From Kofleriaceae bacterium (GTDB lineage Bacteria; Myxococcota_A; Polyangia; Haliangiales; Haliangiaceae): 64,000 nucleotides of DNA. This document shows, piece after piece, positions 11,168 to 22,571 of this stretch; position 1 is the stretch's first letter, and each line of letters starts with the position of its first letter. The stretch is taken from positions 407,837-471,836 of the forward strand of contig JAWKQX010000006.1 in the NCBI GenBank assembly GCA_041389925.1, read 5' to 3'. The position numbers were made by a program, and so were the translations under genes. The notes beneath the pieces were generated by a model. That model made no database searches and was not told the DNA's origin. It was given only the letters and a program-made list of their open reading frames with translations.

Positions 11168-11308
11168 TCGACCCAGGGTAGCGTGGATGCCGGGGCCCGC
11201 GGGCACGGATGTTCGTGCCGATGCGGGGTTTTGGCCGGGGGGCAGGTGGACGGACCGGCGCGCCCATTTGGCGCGCGCGGCGGCCGGGCGTCTGGTAGGG
11301 TCCGCGCC

Positions 11309-11983
11309 ATGGCTCACTCAGGCGACTCCGCCAACTCGATCACCAAGCGCGCGACCGCGCGCCTGTTCGCGGCGCTCAACCGCGCCGATGAGCTCGGCGG
11401 CGAGCTGCGCGACTACCTGCAAGAGAAGGTGCTGGTGGATCCCCGCTATGTCTCGGCGCGCCGGCGCGTCGCGGAGCTTTTCGGGAAGTCCTACGAGTCG
11501 AGGCAGGAGACCACCGAGCGTGCCACCGCGGAGGCTACCGCCCGCGCCGCTGCCGCGGCGCCCACACCGGCACCGGTGAAGAAGGACGACCAGGCGCTTG
11601 GTAACCCCGAGATCCAGGCGCAGCTCTACGGCAAGAAGAGCTGTCCGTGGTCGGGGCGCGCGATCACGCTCCTGGAGCGCCACAAGGTGGACTTCGACTT
11701 CGTCGATCTCGAGGAGCCGGAGCACGAGGCGCTCGCGCTGCGCCTGGTCAACGACACGCGCCAGCACACTGTGCCGTATGTGTACCTGCGCGGGCAGTTC
11801 ATCGGCGGCTTCAACGCCCTCTCCGAGATCGAGCGGCTGGGGCAGCTCGAGTACGCGCTGATGAGCGCCGGGGAGCGCGCCGCGGCGCCGGCGCACCTGC
11901 GCGTGGAGATCGCCGCGCGGCCCAACACGGACGAGGAAGTGCCGGCGGACGCCGAGGTCCGCGCCGACGACGACGCGGGCTGA
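11309..11983 (+). CDS. Glutaredoxin-domain protein with N-terminal extension (CPWS active site)
   Basis: C-terminal half [31 protein letters not shown] ... [31 protein letters not shown] is collinear with glutaredoxins (CPYC replaced by CPWS). About 120-aa N-terminal region of unknown function. ATG at 11309; the upstream part of ORF 10439..11983 is antisense artefact. Confidence 0.65.
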   Translation: MAHSGDSANSITKRATARLFAALNRADELGGELRDYLQEKVLVDPRYVSARRRVAELFGKSYESRQETTERATAEATARAAAAAPTPAPVKKDDQALGNPEIQAQLYGKKSCPWSGRAITLLERHKVDFDFVDLEEPEHEALALRLVNDTRQHTVPYVYLRGQFIGGFNALSEIERLGQLEYALMSAGERAAAPAHLRVEIAARPNTDEEVPADAEVRADDDAG

Positions 11984-12073
11984 GCGAGCGCGGCGCGACG
12001 TCAGCGCGGCCGGCGAGGCCCCGACGACGGCGACCTGTGCGGGGCGCGGCCCGATGGGTCGCCCCGGCCGGGG

Positions 12074-12799
12074 CTAGGGGCTCGCGCGTCCGTGCATGCT
12101 CACGTTGGTGGTGAGCTTGCCGGAGGGGACCGAGCCGAGGAAGTCCACCACCAGGTTCGCCGCCACGATGAGGTTGAACGGCACCTGGGCGTCGCTGAGG
12201 CGCCGGCGCAGGAGCTCCTTGCCGTCGGGCGTGAAGCGCAGGCTTCGCTCGCTGAACTCGCTCTCCGGGGGCACCGAGGGGATCGTGCCGATCTTCACGA
12301 CGCCGTCGCTGCCCGGGCCCATCACCGTCGAAGGAGCGGCGTACAGGGAGAGCGCGGGCGTGGCGACGCTGAGCTGGTTGGCGGTGATCTCGTAGGTGAC
12401 GTCCTCGAGGTCGACCGACAGCATGGCGTCGTCGCTCAACGTGGTCAGCTCCGGCACATCGGCGAGCAGGTTGATCGAGCGCCACAGCTCGATCTTGAGC
12501 ACGAGCTCGCACCTGCCGCTCTCCAGGCCGCAGCTCGCGGTGCAGATGGCCGCCTTGCATGCGTTGAAGGCAGTGACGGCCGAAGCGCACGGGTCCGGGA
12601 TCGGTCCCGGGGTGCAGGCCTGATCCAGGAGCTTGGCCGCGGCGGCCGCGTCGACGTTCCAGGCGGTCGCGTCGATCGCGAACTGCTTGTCTAGCGCGCG
12701 CAGGTCAACGCGGGGGCCATCGGACTCCACCAGGCCACAGGCGCCTGTGGCCACGAGCCAGACCAACGCCAGCCAGGCGTAGCGGTACCTCATCCTCAT
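12074..12799 (-). CDS. Lipoprotein, hypothetical (Cys-rich secreted)
   Basis: Signal peptide plus lipobox MRMRYRYAWLALVWLVATGAC. Several paired cysteines. No recognisable catalytic motif. Confidence 0.5.
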   Translation of the reverse strand: MRMRYRYAWLALVWLVATGACGLVESDGPRVDLRALDKQFAIDATAWNVDAAAAAKLLDQACTPGPIPDPCASAVTAFNACKAAICTASCGLESGRCELVLKIELWRSINLLADVPELTTLSDDAMLSVDLEDVTYEITANQLSVATPALSLYAAPSTVMGPGSDGVVKIGTIPSVPPESEFSERSLRFTPDGKELLRRRLSDAQVPFNLIVAANLVVDFLGSVPSGKLTTNVSMHGRASP

Positions 12800-12918
12800 A
12801 GTCTTTCGCGCGTCCTCGAGAAGCTAGGCCTCTACCGTAGCATCGTTGCCCGGGCTCGGGCGCCCTTTCTCCCGTGACGCGAGTAACAACTTGTCGTAAC
12901 TGCTTATTTTTCTGGGGA

Positions 12919-13872
<954 letters not shown>

Positions 13873-13884
13873 GGCGGCTCGCGA

Positions 13885-15102
13885 TCAAGGTGGGGAGCGC
13901 GGCGGCGCCTTGAAGCGCTGCTCGGGCCCGCCCGGGGTGTAGAACTGGAGGGCGCGCACCGGCGCCGTGGACGTGAACGCATGCGGGACGCTGGCGGGGA
14001 GCTGCAGCACGGACGTCGGCGTCACCGCGACCGGCACGCCCCCGACGGTCAGCGCGCCGGCGCCCTCGAGGACATAGAGCAGCTCGGTCTCGCGCTCGTG
14101 CTGGTGCGAGGGCACCGCGGCGCCGGCGGGCAAGGTGAGCCGCGACGCGGACAGCTCCGGGTGCCCGGTGCGGGGCGGGTCGAGGTAGATCGTGACGCCG
14201 CGGCTGGTCGCGGTGGCGTCGGCGGTGCGGACGACGATCGGCCGCTGCGCGGCGGTCGGCGCCGGCGCACCGGCGGGCAGCAGCGGCGTGGGCAGCGTGC
14301 CCTGGCGCGCGATGCGCTCCTCGCCGCCCGGGGTCAGGACCAGGACCGCGCGCAGCGGCGCGGTGGTCGCGGTCAGCCCGCGCACCCCGCCCGCCGGCAC
14401 GAGCACCATGTCGCCGGCTTCGAGCCGCTGCGGCGCGCCGTGGCCGTCGGTGAGGAGCGCCGGCGTGAGCAGCGCCCAGGCCTCGGCGCGGGTGGCGCGG
14501 CGCAGCTGGGTGCTCGCGCCGGCGGCGAGCTCCACCTCGAGCATCGAGGCGGCGTCGTTGCCGGTGTTCTGCTCATCTAGCAGGACGGCCACGCGGAGCT
14601 GCGGGGCGGGGCCTTGTCCCAGCGATGGGACCAAGCGCCGATCGATGACGCTCTGCCCCGACGGGGCGCGGAACGCGAAGGGCAGGCGGATGGTCTGACC
14701 GCGGAGGGGCGCGGCCCAGCCGTACCCGGCCAGGAGCGCGCGCATGCACGTGAGCAGGCGCGCGTCGCGGGTGTTGTCCCTGGCGACGGTCACGGTCGCG
14801 CCCGCGGCGCCGATGTCGATGTCGAAGGCCTGCTCGCCGGCGAGCTGGTAGCCGTCGACGGCCGCCGCGGACGCCCAGCAGAGCTGCGCGCCCTCGTCGA
14901 GCTCGTTCATCGCGTGCTGGATGGCGGCGAGGCGCTCCTCCTGCTGCTCCTGCTCGCTCGCGGCGGGGGCGGGCGCGGCGGCGGCGCGCGCCGGGGCGGG
15001 CGGGCGTGGCCCGGCCGGCGCGGAGCAGGCCAGCGCGGCGGCGAGGCCGAGCGCGAGCGCGGCGGCGCCGCTCGGGCCACCCGCGGTGCGCGAGCCGCGC
15101 AT
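13885..15102 (-). CDS. Lipoprotein with tandem cupin-like domains, hypothetical
   Basis: Signal plus lipobox LALGLAAALAC; Ala/Pro-rich linker. Two regions with cupin-like strand patterns (GDMVLVPAGGVRGL ; ELLYVLEGAGALTVGG ... LQLPASVPHAF). Stop overlaps the start region of the MeaB gene; its own start abuts the B12-domain gene. Confidence 0.45.
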   Translation of the reverse strand: MRGSRTAGGPSGAAALALGLAAALACSAPAGPRPPAPARAAAAPAPAASEQEQQEERLAAIQHAMNELDEGAQLCWASAAAVDGYQLAGEQAFDIDIGAAGATVTVARDNTRDARLLTCMRALLAGYGWAAPLRGQTIRLPFAFRAPSGQSVIDRRLVPSLGQGPAPQLRVAVLLDEQNTGNDAASMLEVELAAGASTQLRRATRAEAWALLTPALLTDGHGAPQRLEAGDMVLVPAGGVRGLTATTAPLRAVLVLTPGGEERIARQGTLPTPLLPAGAPAPTAAQRPIVVRTADATATSRGVTIYLDPPRTGHPELSASRLTLPAGAAVPSHQHERETELLYVLEGAGALTVGGVPVAVTPTSVLQLPASVPHAFTSTAPVRALQFYTPGGPEQRFKAPPRSPP

Positions 15103-15515
15103 CAGCCCACCTTGGGGCGGACGCTGCCCTCGACCCAGTCGATGATCTCCTGCGTGCTGGCGCCGGGCGTGAAGATCTTGGCCACGCCGAGCTCGGCGAG
15201 CTTGGCGATGTCCTCCTTGGGCACGATGCCGCCGCCGAACACCATCAGGTCGCCGGCGCCGCGCTGCTTGAGCGCGTCCATCACCGCCGGGAACAGCGTC
15301 ATGTGCGCGCCCGACATGATCGACAGGCCGACGGCGTCGACGGCCTCCTGCACGGCGGCGGCGGCGATCATCTCGGGCGTCTGGTGCAGCCCGGTGTACA
15401 CGACCTCGTACCCGGCGTCGGCCAGCGCCCGCGCGACGACCTTGGCCCCGCGATCGTGGCCATCGAGGCCAGGCTTGGCCACCAGGATGCGGAGCTTGCG
15501 AGGAGAGTCAGCCAT
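15102..15515 (-). CDS. Stand-alone cobalamin (B12)-binding domain protein, mutase small subunit (IcmB/MCM C-terminal domain-like)
   Basis: KLRILVAKPGLDGHDRGAKVVARALADAGYEVVY ... GLSIMSGAHM ... DLMVFGGGIVP carries the DxHxxG B12-binding motif of methylmalonyl/isobutyryl-CoA mutase C-terminal domains. ATG at 15515. The remainder of the 634-aa ORF 15102..17006 is off-frame artefact. Confidence 0.8.
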   Translation of the reverse strand: MADSPRKLRILVAKPGLDGHDRGAKVVARALADAGYEVVYTGLHQTPEMIAAAAVQEAVDAVGLSIMSGAHMTLFPAVMDALKQRGAGDLMVFGGGIVPKEDIAKLAELGVAKIFTPGASTQEIIDWVEGSVRPKVG

Positions 15516-15523
15516 AGCTGCAG

Positions 15524-16669
15524 TTATTGTGCGCGAAGCAGGTTGCGCGCAATCACGATGCGCTGGATCTCGCTGGTCCCCTCGTAGATTCGGGTCACGC
15601 GGACGTCGCGGCAGGCCCGCTCGATGGGGAAGTCCCGGGTGTAGCCGTAGCCGCCGTGGACCTGCAGCGCGATGTCGCAGATGAGGCCGGCCTTCTCGGT
15701 GGCGAACAGCTTGGCCATCGACGCCGCCTGGGAGAACGGCTGGCCGCGCTCCTTGAGGTCGGCCGCCCGCAGCGTCAGCAGCGTCGCCGCGTCGAGCCAG
15801 GTGGCCGCGTCGGCGAGCATGTTGCCGATGGCCTGGTGCTTGAGGATCGGTACGTCGAACTGCGTGCGCTCGCTCGCGTAGCGGATCGCCGCGACCAGCG
15901 CGCCGCGGGCGATGCCGAGCGCCTGCGAGGCGATGCCGATGCGCCCGCCGTCGAGCGCCATCATGGCCAGCGCGAAGCCGCGGCCGGGCGCGCTCAGCAT
16001 CGCGTCCTCGCCGACCTCCACGCCGTCGAGGACGAGCTGGGCGGTGGTGGAGCCGTGCAGCCCCATCTTCTCCTCCAGCCGGCTCACGGTGATGCCCGGG
16101 GAGCTGCCGGGCACGAGGAACGCGCTGATGCCCTTGTGGCCCGCGGCGGGATCGGTCACCGCCCAGACGATCAGCAGCCCCGCGCGATCGCCGCTGGTGA
16201 TCCACTGCTTGGTGCCGGAGATCCGCCACCCGGTGGCGGTCTGCTCGGCGCGGGTGCGCATCGCCGCCGGGTCGGAGCCCGCCTGCGGCTCGGAGAGCGC
16301 GAACGCGCCACACACCAGCTCGCCGGAGACCAGCGGCGGCACCCAGCGGCGGGCCTGCTCCGCGGTGGCGTTCTTGGAGACCAGCTCGGCGACCATGTTG
16401 GTCACGGACACGGCCACCGCCACGGACGCGTCGGCGCGGGCGAGCTCCTGCATCGCCAGGGAGTACGCGATCGCGCCGGCCCCGGCGCCGCCGAGCGCCT
16501 CGTCCACCGCCACGCCGAGGAGGCCGAGGTCCGCCAGGGCGCGCAGCTCGGCGAGCGGGAACTCCCCGGTCGCGTCGCGTCGCGCCGCGTGGGGCGTCAG
16601 GAGGCGCTCGGCCGCGTCGCGCGCGGTCCGCTGCACCATGAGCTGCTCTTCCGTGAGTTCCAGGTCCAT
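15524..16669 (-). CDS. Acyl-CoA dehydrogenase
   Basis: Full-length ACAD collinearity: LTEEQ ... GAFALSEPQAGSD ... GTKQWITSG ... HGGYGYTRDFPIERACRDVRVTRIYEGTSEIQR. Confidence 0.9.
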   Translation of the reverse strand: MDLELTEEQLMVQRTARDAAERLLTPHAARRDATGEFPLAELRALADLGLLGVAVDEALGGAGAGAIAYSLAMQELARADASVAVAVSVTNMVAELVSKNATAEQARRWVPPLVSGELVCGAFALSEPQAGSDPAAMRTRAEQTATGWRISGTKQWITSGDRAGLLIVWAVTDPAAGHKGISAFLVPGSSPGITVSRLEEKMGLHGSTTAQLVLDGVEVGEDAMLSAPGRGFALAMMALDGGRIGIASQALGIARGALVAAIRYASERTQFDVPILKHQAIGNMLADAATWLDAATLLTLRAADLKERGQPFSQAASMAKLFATEKAGLICDIALQVHGGYGYTRDFPIERACRDVRVTRIYEGTSEIQRIVIARNLLRAQ

Positions 16670-16684
16670 CGCGTCCTTCTCCAG

Positions 16685-17566
16685 TTACGGCGCGCCACGG
16701 TAGCGCACCGCCATCTTGGCGATGCTGCCGCGCGGATCGGGGAGCTGCCAGGCGAGGATGATGCGCTGCGCGCACTCCGCCCAGCCCGCGGAGAACCCGC
16801 GGGGGTCCGGGGTGGCGAAGCCCACCGACCGAGGCTGACCGCGCTCGCCGACGTACAGCGTGATCACGACATGTCGCGGATCTTCCAGCGGGACGGCGGG
16901 CAGCGGCGGGGGCGCCGCGGGCGGGGCCTTGGCGGCGCGGCCGGCCTTGGCGCCGCGGGGCGTCGGCTTGGCCGCCGGCACGACTTCCACGGGGGGCGCG
17001 CTGCACTCGGCGAGCTGCGCGAGCTGCTCACCGACGGCGGCCTCGGCGCGCGGCTCGTCCCAGGGGACCGCCGCGCCGGTCGCGGAGAACTCCAGCGGGA
17101 CGGCGAAGTCGGTCGCGCCGCCGCGGGGCGCCGGGAACGTCATCCGGTGCGCGATGTCCAGCAGGCACTCCTCCACCGGCCACGCGCCCAGGTCGCTCTC
17201 GGCGATGTAGACCTCGCGGATGGCGCCGTCGGCGTCGAGGTGCCACTTCATCGACACGCGGCCGCCGAGCCAGCGGCGGGCGCCGACGCGCTGGATGTAG
17301 CAGCCGGACAGCTCGTGGCTGTGCGGCTCCACCGCCTTGCGGACCTGCTCGGGCTCGAGCACCCCGTGGCTGGTGCGCAGCTCCACGCCGTCCTCGTCCT
17401 CGTCCTGATCGGCGGAGAACGTGCGGTACCGGCTGGGGCCCTCGACGGGCGCGGGCGGAGGCGCCGCGCTGCCGCAGCCGGCGGCGAGGCAGCCGATCGC
17501 CACCAGGCGCGCGCGCCCACCGTCGCGCCGTCGGGCTCGTTCCCCGAGACCCGCCCCGCCCGCCAT
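16685..17566 (-). CDS. AgmX/PglI (TonB-C-like) domain lipoprotein, hypothetical
   Basis: Start at internal Met gives signal plus lipobox MAGGAGLGERARRRDGGRARLVAIGCLAAGC. C-terminal region resembles TonB-C/AgmX-PglI domains. Ala/Pro/Lys-rich linker. ATG overlaps the TAA of the upstream gene (TAATG). Confidence 0.5.
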   Translation of the reverse strand: MAGGAGLGERARRRDGGRARLVAIGCLAAGCGSAAPPPAPVEGPSRYRTFSADQDEDEDGVELRTSHGVLEPEQVRKAVEPHSHELSGCYIQRVGARRWLGGRVSMKWHLDADGAIREVYIAESDLGAWPVEECLLDIAHRMTFPAPRGGATDFAVPLEFSATGAAVPWDEPRAEAAVGEQLAQLAECSAPPVEVVPAAKPTPRGAKAGRAAKAPPAAPPPLPAVPLEDPRHVVITLYVGERGQPRSVGFATPDPRGFSAGWAECAQRIILAWQLPDPRGSIAKMAVRYRGAP

Positions 17567-18063
17567 TACATCGCCTCGAAGCCGTAGGTGTAGGACCAAG
17601 GGAGGTCGTTGGGCAGCGTCGGGAACTCGATCTCACCGACGCGCTCGATCACGCACGTGGACACCATCTCCGACTTGAGCGAAGCCTTGATCACCTTGAT
17701 GTCGCGGGCGTGACCCGACGCGCTGATCACGAAGCCCAGCGTGATGCGACCGCGCGCGTTCTTGGGCAGCTCGCCGGCCTCGACGGCGGGCGTCAGGCAG
17801 CGCGCGACCGAGTGACGCTTGCGATCGAGCGCGTGGCGGATCTCGTCCATCGCGTCGTTGGAGATGACCGAGGTTCCGTCATCATGCGCCGGGCCAGGCT
17901 CGGCCGGCTCGGCGACCGGCTCGGCGGCGCGCTTGTCCCCGCTGCCGCCGCAGCCGAGGGCCCCGAGGATGGAGCAGAGGGAGCAGAGGGAGAGGACCGC
18001 CGCGAGCGTCGCGCCGCGGGCGGGCGAGGGGCTCGGGACGGTGCGGGGCGCGGCGTGGGTCAT
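17566..18063 (-). CDS. AgmX/PglI (TonB-C-like) domain lipoprotein, hypothetical (paralogue of downstream gene)
   Basis: Signal plus lipobox LSLCSLCSILGALGC. C-terminal 90 aa (HALDRKRHSVARCL ... ARDIKVIKASLKSEMVSTCVIERVGEIEFP) has a TonB-C-like pattern related to the adjacent gene. Confidence 0.5.
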   Translation of the reverse strand: MTHAAPRTVPSPSPARGATLAAVLSLCSLCSILGALGCGGSGDKRAAEPVAEPAEPGPAHDDGTSVISNDAMDEIRHALDRKRHSVARCLTPAVEAGELPKNARGRITLGFVISASGHARDIKVIKASLKSEMVSTCVIERVGEIEFPTLPNDLPWSYTYGFEAM

Positions 18064-18093
18064 GGAGGTCTCCAGGGAGGAGGCTAGCGATCT

Positions 18094-19239
<1,146 letters not shown>

Positions 19240-19247
19240 GGCGGACC

Positions 19248-20045
19248 TCAGCGACCCTGGAAGTTGGGTTCGCGACGGGGTTTGGACAGGAAGGCCGACA
19301 TACCCTCGCGCTGATCGGCGGTCGAGAACAGGAGACCGAAGGTGGTCTGCTCCAGCGCCAGGGCGTGCTCGAGCGTGGTCGACTGGCCGCGGTGGACGAG
19401 GCGCTTGACCTCGGCGACGGCGAGCGGGCCGTTGCCGGCGATCTTGCCGGCGACGGCCAGCACGCGCTCGCGGAGCTGCTCGTGGGGGACGACGGCCTCG
19501 CAGAGGCCCAGGCGCAGGGCCTCGGCGGCGTCGATCAGCTCGCCGGTCATGCACAGCTCCTTGGCCTTCGCCACGCCCACGCGGCGCGCGAGCCGCTGCG
19601 TACCGCCGAAGCCGGGGATGACGCCGAGCGTGACCTCGGGCTGGCCGAACTTGGCGCGGTCCGACGCGTAGATGAAGTCGCAGGCCATGGCCAGCTCGCA
19701 GCCGCCGCCGAGCGCGAAGCCGTTGACCATCGCGATCCACGGCTTGGTCGAGGTCTCGATCGCCTCGCCGACGGCGCCGCCCATCTCGGCGAACGCCGCC
19801 GCGGTGATGGAGGTCATCTCCACCATCTCGGCGATGTCCGCGCCGGCCACGAAGGCCTTGTCGCCCGCGCCGGTGAGGACGACGACGCGGACGTCCTGGG
19901 CGACCTCCAGCTCGCCGGCGCACGCGGACAGCTCGGAGAGCACCTTGCTGGATAGCGCGTTGCGCGCGGCCTCGCGCGCGATGGTGACGACGGCGACCGC
20001 GCCCTCGGTGGTCACCTTCAGGGTCTCGTAGGCGGAGCTCTCCAT
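19248..20045 (-). CDS. Enoyl-CoA hydratase (crotonase family)
   Basis: VAVVTIAREAARNALSSKVLSEL ... VVVLTGAGDKAFVAGADIAEM ... PWIAMVNGFALGGGCELAMACD crotonase-fold motifs. Confidence 0.9.
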   Translation of the reverse strand: MESSAYETLKVTTEGAVAVVTIAREAARNALSSKVLSELSACAGELEVAQDVRVVVLTGAGDKAFVAGADIAEMVEMTSITAAAFAEMGGAVGEAIETSTKPWIAMVNGFALGGGCELAMACDFIYASDRAKFGQPEVTLGVIPGFGGTQRLARRVGVAKAKELCMTGELIDAAEALRLGLCEAVVPHEQLRERVLAVAGKIAGNGPLAVAEVKRLVHRGQSTTLEHALALEQTTFGLLFSTADQREGMSAFLSKPRREPNFQGR

Positions 20046-20089
20046 GGCTTGGTCCTCGGTGGTTGCGTTGGCGCCAGGCGCCAGCGGCG

Positions 20090-20968
20090 TCAGGCCTTCT
20101 TCTGGCCCTGGCTGTCGTACTCGTAGAAGCCTCGGCCGACCTTGCGGCCCAGCCAGCCCGCCGCGACGTACTGCCGCAAGAGCGGGCAGGGGCGGTACTT
20201 GTCATCCCCGAGCTCGCGCTGGAGGACCTCCGCGATGGCCAGGCAGGTGTCCAGGCCGATGAGGTCGCCCAGCTCGAGCGGGCCCATCGGGTGGTTGAGC
20301 CCAAGGCGCACGCCGGTGTCGATGTCCTTGGCGCTGCCGAGGCCCTCGTAGAGGCCGTAGCAGGCCTCGTTGAGCAGCGGGATGAGCATGCGATTGACGA
20401 TGAAGCCGGGGATGTCGCGCGCGCCGATGGTCTCCTTGCCGAGCCGGCGCGCGAGCGCCGTGGTGGTCTCGACGGTGGCGTCGCTGGTGGGCAGGCCGCG
20501 CACGATCTCCACCAGCTTCATCAGCGGGACCGGGTTCATGAAGTGCATGCCGATCACCCGATCCGGGCGGCCGGAGGCGGCGCCGATCTTGGTGATCGAG
20601 ATCGACGACGTGTTGGACGCGAGGATCGCGTCGTCGCGGCAGATCGTCCCCAGGTTCTTGAACAGCTCGAGCTTGAGCGCCTCCTTCTCGGGCGCCGCCT
20701 CGACGACGAAGTCGCACGTGCCGAGGTCGCTCAGGCTCCCGCCCGGCGCCAGGCGCGCCATGAGCTGATCGCGCGCGCCGGCCTCCAGCTTGCCCTTCTC
20801 GACGAGCCGGTCCACCTGCTTGCGGATCTTGCCGACCGCGGCCTCGGCGAAGTCCTTCGCCGCGTCGACGATGGTCACCGCGATGCCGGCCTGCGCCGCG
20901 ATCTGCGCGATGCCCTGGCCCATCTGGCCGCCGCCGATGACGCCGAGGGTCTCGATCTGCGCGGCCAC
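20090..20968 (-). CDS. hbd: 3-hydroxyacyl-CoA (3-hydroxybutyryl-CoA) dehydrogenase
   Basis: LGVIGGGQMGQGIAQIAAQAG Rossmann motif ... NTSSISIT ... GMHFMNPVPLMKLVEIVRG ... GFIVNRML is typical Hbd/FadB C-terminal-type 3-HCDH. Confidence 0.9.
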   Translation of the reverse strand: MAAQIETLGVIGGGQMGQGIAQIAAQAGIAVTIVDAAKDFAEAAVGKIRKQVDRLVEKGKLEAGARDQLMARLAPGGSLSDLGTCDFVVEAAPEKEALKLELFKNLGTICRDDAILASNTSSISITKIGAASGRPDRVIGMHFMNPVPLMKLVEIVRGLPTSDATVETTTALARRLGKETIGARDIPGFIVNRMLIPLLNEACYGLYEGLGSAKDIDTGVRLGLNHPMGPLELGDLIGLDTCLAIAEVLQRELGDDKYRPCPLLRQYVAAGWLGRKVGRGFYEYDSQGQKKA

Positions 20969-20969
20969 G

Positions 20970-22142
20970 TCAGCGCTCCACGCAGAGCGCGATGCCCTCG
21001 CCGCCGCCGATGCACAGCGACGCGCCGCCGGTCTTGGCGCCGCGGTGAGCCATGGCGGAGAGCAGGGTCACCAGGATGCGCGCGCCGGAGGCGCCGATGG
21101 GGTGACCCAGCGCGACCGCGCCGCCCCACACATTGACGCGCGCGGGATCCAGGCCCAGGAGCTGGTTGTTCGCCACCGAGACCACGGAGAACGCCTCGTT
21201 GATCTCCCAGAGGTCGACGGCCTTGGGATCCCAGCCGATCTTCTTGCACGCGTTGGTGATCGCCACGGCGGGGGCGGTGGTGAACCACTCCGGGGCCTGC
21301 GCGTGGTAGCCCCAGCTCCGGATCCGGGCGAGGACGTTGGCGCCGCGCTTCTTGGCCTCGTCGGCGGACATCAGCACCAGGGCGGCGCCGCCGTCATTGA
21401 TGGACGAGGCGTTGCCCGCGGTGACCGTGCCGTCCTTCTGAAAGGCGGTGCGCAGCGCGGGCAGCTTGTCGATGTTGCCGCGGCCCGGCTCTTCATCGGT
21501 GTCGATCTTCACCTCACCGCCGCGGCTGGCGACGGCGACGGGGACGATCTCGGCCTTGAACAGGCCCTCTTGCTGCGCGGCCAGCGCGCGCCGGTAGCTC
21601 TCCGCGGCGTGCTCGTCCTGCGCGGCGCGGGAGATCGTGCGATCCTTGGCGCACAGCTCGGCGCAGTTGCCCATGTGCTGGTTGTTGTAGACGTCCCACA
21701 GCCCGTCGTGGACCATCGAATCCACGGTGTCGAGGGCGCCCATCTTGACGCCGCCGCGCACGCCACGGAGAAGATGCGGCGCGTTGGACATGGACTCCAT
21801 GCCGCCAGCGACCGCGATCTCGACTTCCCCCAGCGCGATGGCGCGGGCGCTCTGCACGACCGCCTCGAGGCCCGAGCCGCACACCTTGTTGATGGTGACG
21901 CAGGGGACCGAGGTCGGCAGGCCCGCGCCGAGCGCGGCCTGCCGGGCCGGAGCCTGCCCGGCGCCCGCGGGCAGCACCATGCCCATCGTGCACGCTCCGA
22001 CGTCCGTTGGGGCGACCTTGGCGCGCTCCAGCGCGGCCTGGATCGCGGCCTGTCCGAGCTTGGGTCCGCTGATCGGCGCGAGCGCGCCCAGGAAGCTCCC
22101 GATGGCGGTTCGAGCGGCTCCGACGATGACAACTTCACGCAT
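20970..22142 (-). CDS. Acetyl-CoA C-acetyltransferase (thiolase II)
   Basis: MREVVIVGAARTAIGSFLG ... NKVCGSGL ... NASSINDGGAALVLMS ... GHPIGASGARILVTLL ... CIGGGEG(I)ALC carries the catalytic thiolase motifs. Confidence 0.9.
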   Translation of the reverse strand: MREVVIVGAARTAIGSFLGALAPISGPKLGQAAIQAALERAKVAPTDVGACTMGMVLPAGAGQAPARQAALGAGLPTSVPCVTINKVCGSGLEAVVQSARAIALGEVEIAVAGGMESMSNAPHLLRGVRGGVKMGALDTVDSMVHDGLWDVYNNQHMGNCAELCAKDRTISRAAQDEHAAESYRRALAAQQEGLFKAEIVPVAVASRGGEVKIDTDEEPGRGNIDKLPALRTAFQKDGTVTAGNASSINDGGAALVLMSADEAKKRGANVLARIRSWGYHAQAPEWFTTAPAVAITNACKKIGWDPKAVDLWEINEAFSVVSVANNQLLGLDPARVNVWGGAVALGHPIGASGARILVTLLSAMAHRGAKTGGASLCIGGGEGIALCVER

Positions 22143-22571
22143 GTTCGTTCTCCCCTCGAGGTGGCCTGATTTGTCGACGAGCAGGGGAGGGATAGCCCAC
22201 GGTGAGGCGGTGCGTCAAGCGGCGCCGGGGCGCCGTCGGGACGAGCCTTGAGCGCGCGTCCCTGAGGAAGTCTGCGATCAGGAAACGTACTGCAGATCGC
22301 GCCGGCACGAACGTGAGTACGCAAACACCAGGTTGCGGTGGGGCCGCGAGGCCCCGCAACCCACAAGCTGCAGACCTACAAGGGAGGATGGGAGGTCTGT
22401 AGCGCGGCTCGCGCTCGAGCCTACATCGTTGGATCTCCGAGAACTCGCATTATCGGCGGCCTACGAGCGATGGCGGGATCGCGCTGAGCGCCGGTGGAGC
22501 TGGGCACGAAAAATGAATAAAGGGCGGCCAACGATTCGGTCCCTACTCACTCTCTGCTGGAAGGTTGATCC

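Noticed and set aside
10439-11308. N-terminal 290 codons of ORF 10439..11983
   Set aside because: Antisense to the EEP-family gene and compositionally non-coding. Only the C-terminal glutaredoxin-domain part (from ATG 11309) is accepted.
15516-17006. Upstream 497 codons of the 634-aa ORF 15102..17006 treated as one long protein
   Set aside because: Only the last 137 aa (from ATG 15515) form the B12-binding domain. The upstream portion is the off-frame shadow of the acyl-CoA dehydrogenase and lipoprotein genes.
22143-22571. Cobalamin riboswitch upstream of the B12-related operon
   Set aside because: No B12-box-like element (GCCACTG core) or the expected conserved stems could be recognised by eye. 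Only a simple dyad was seen.
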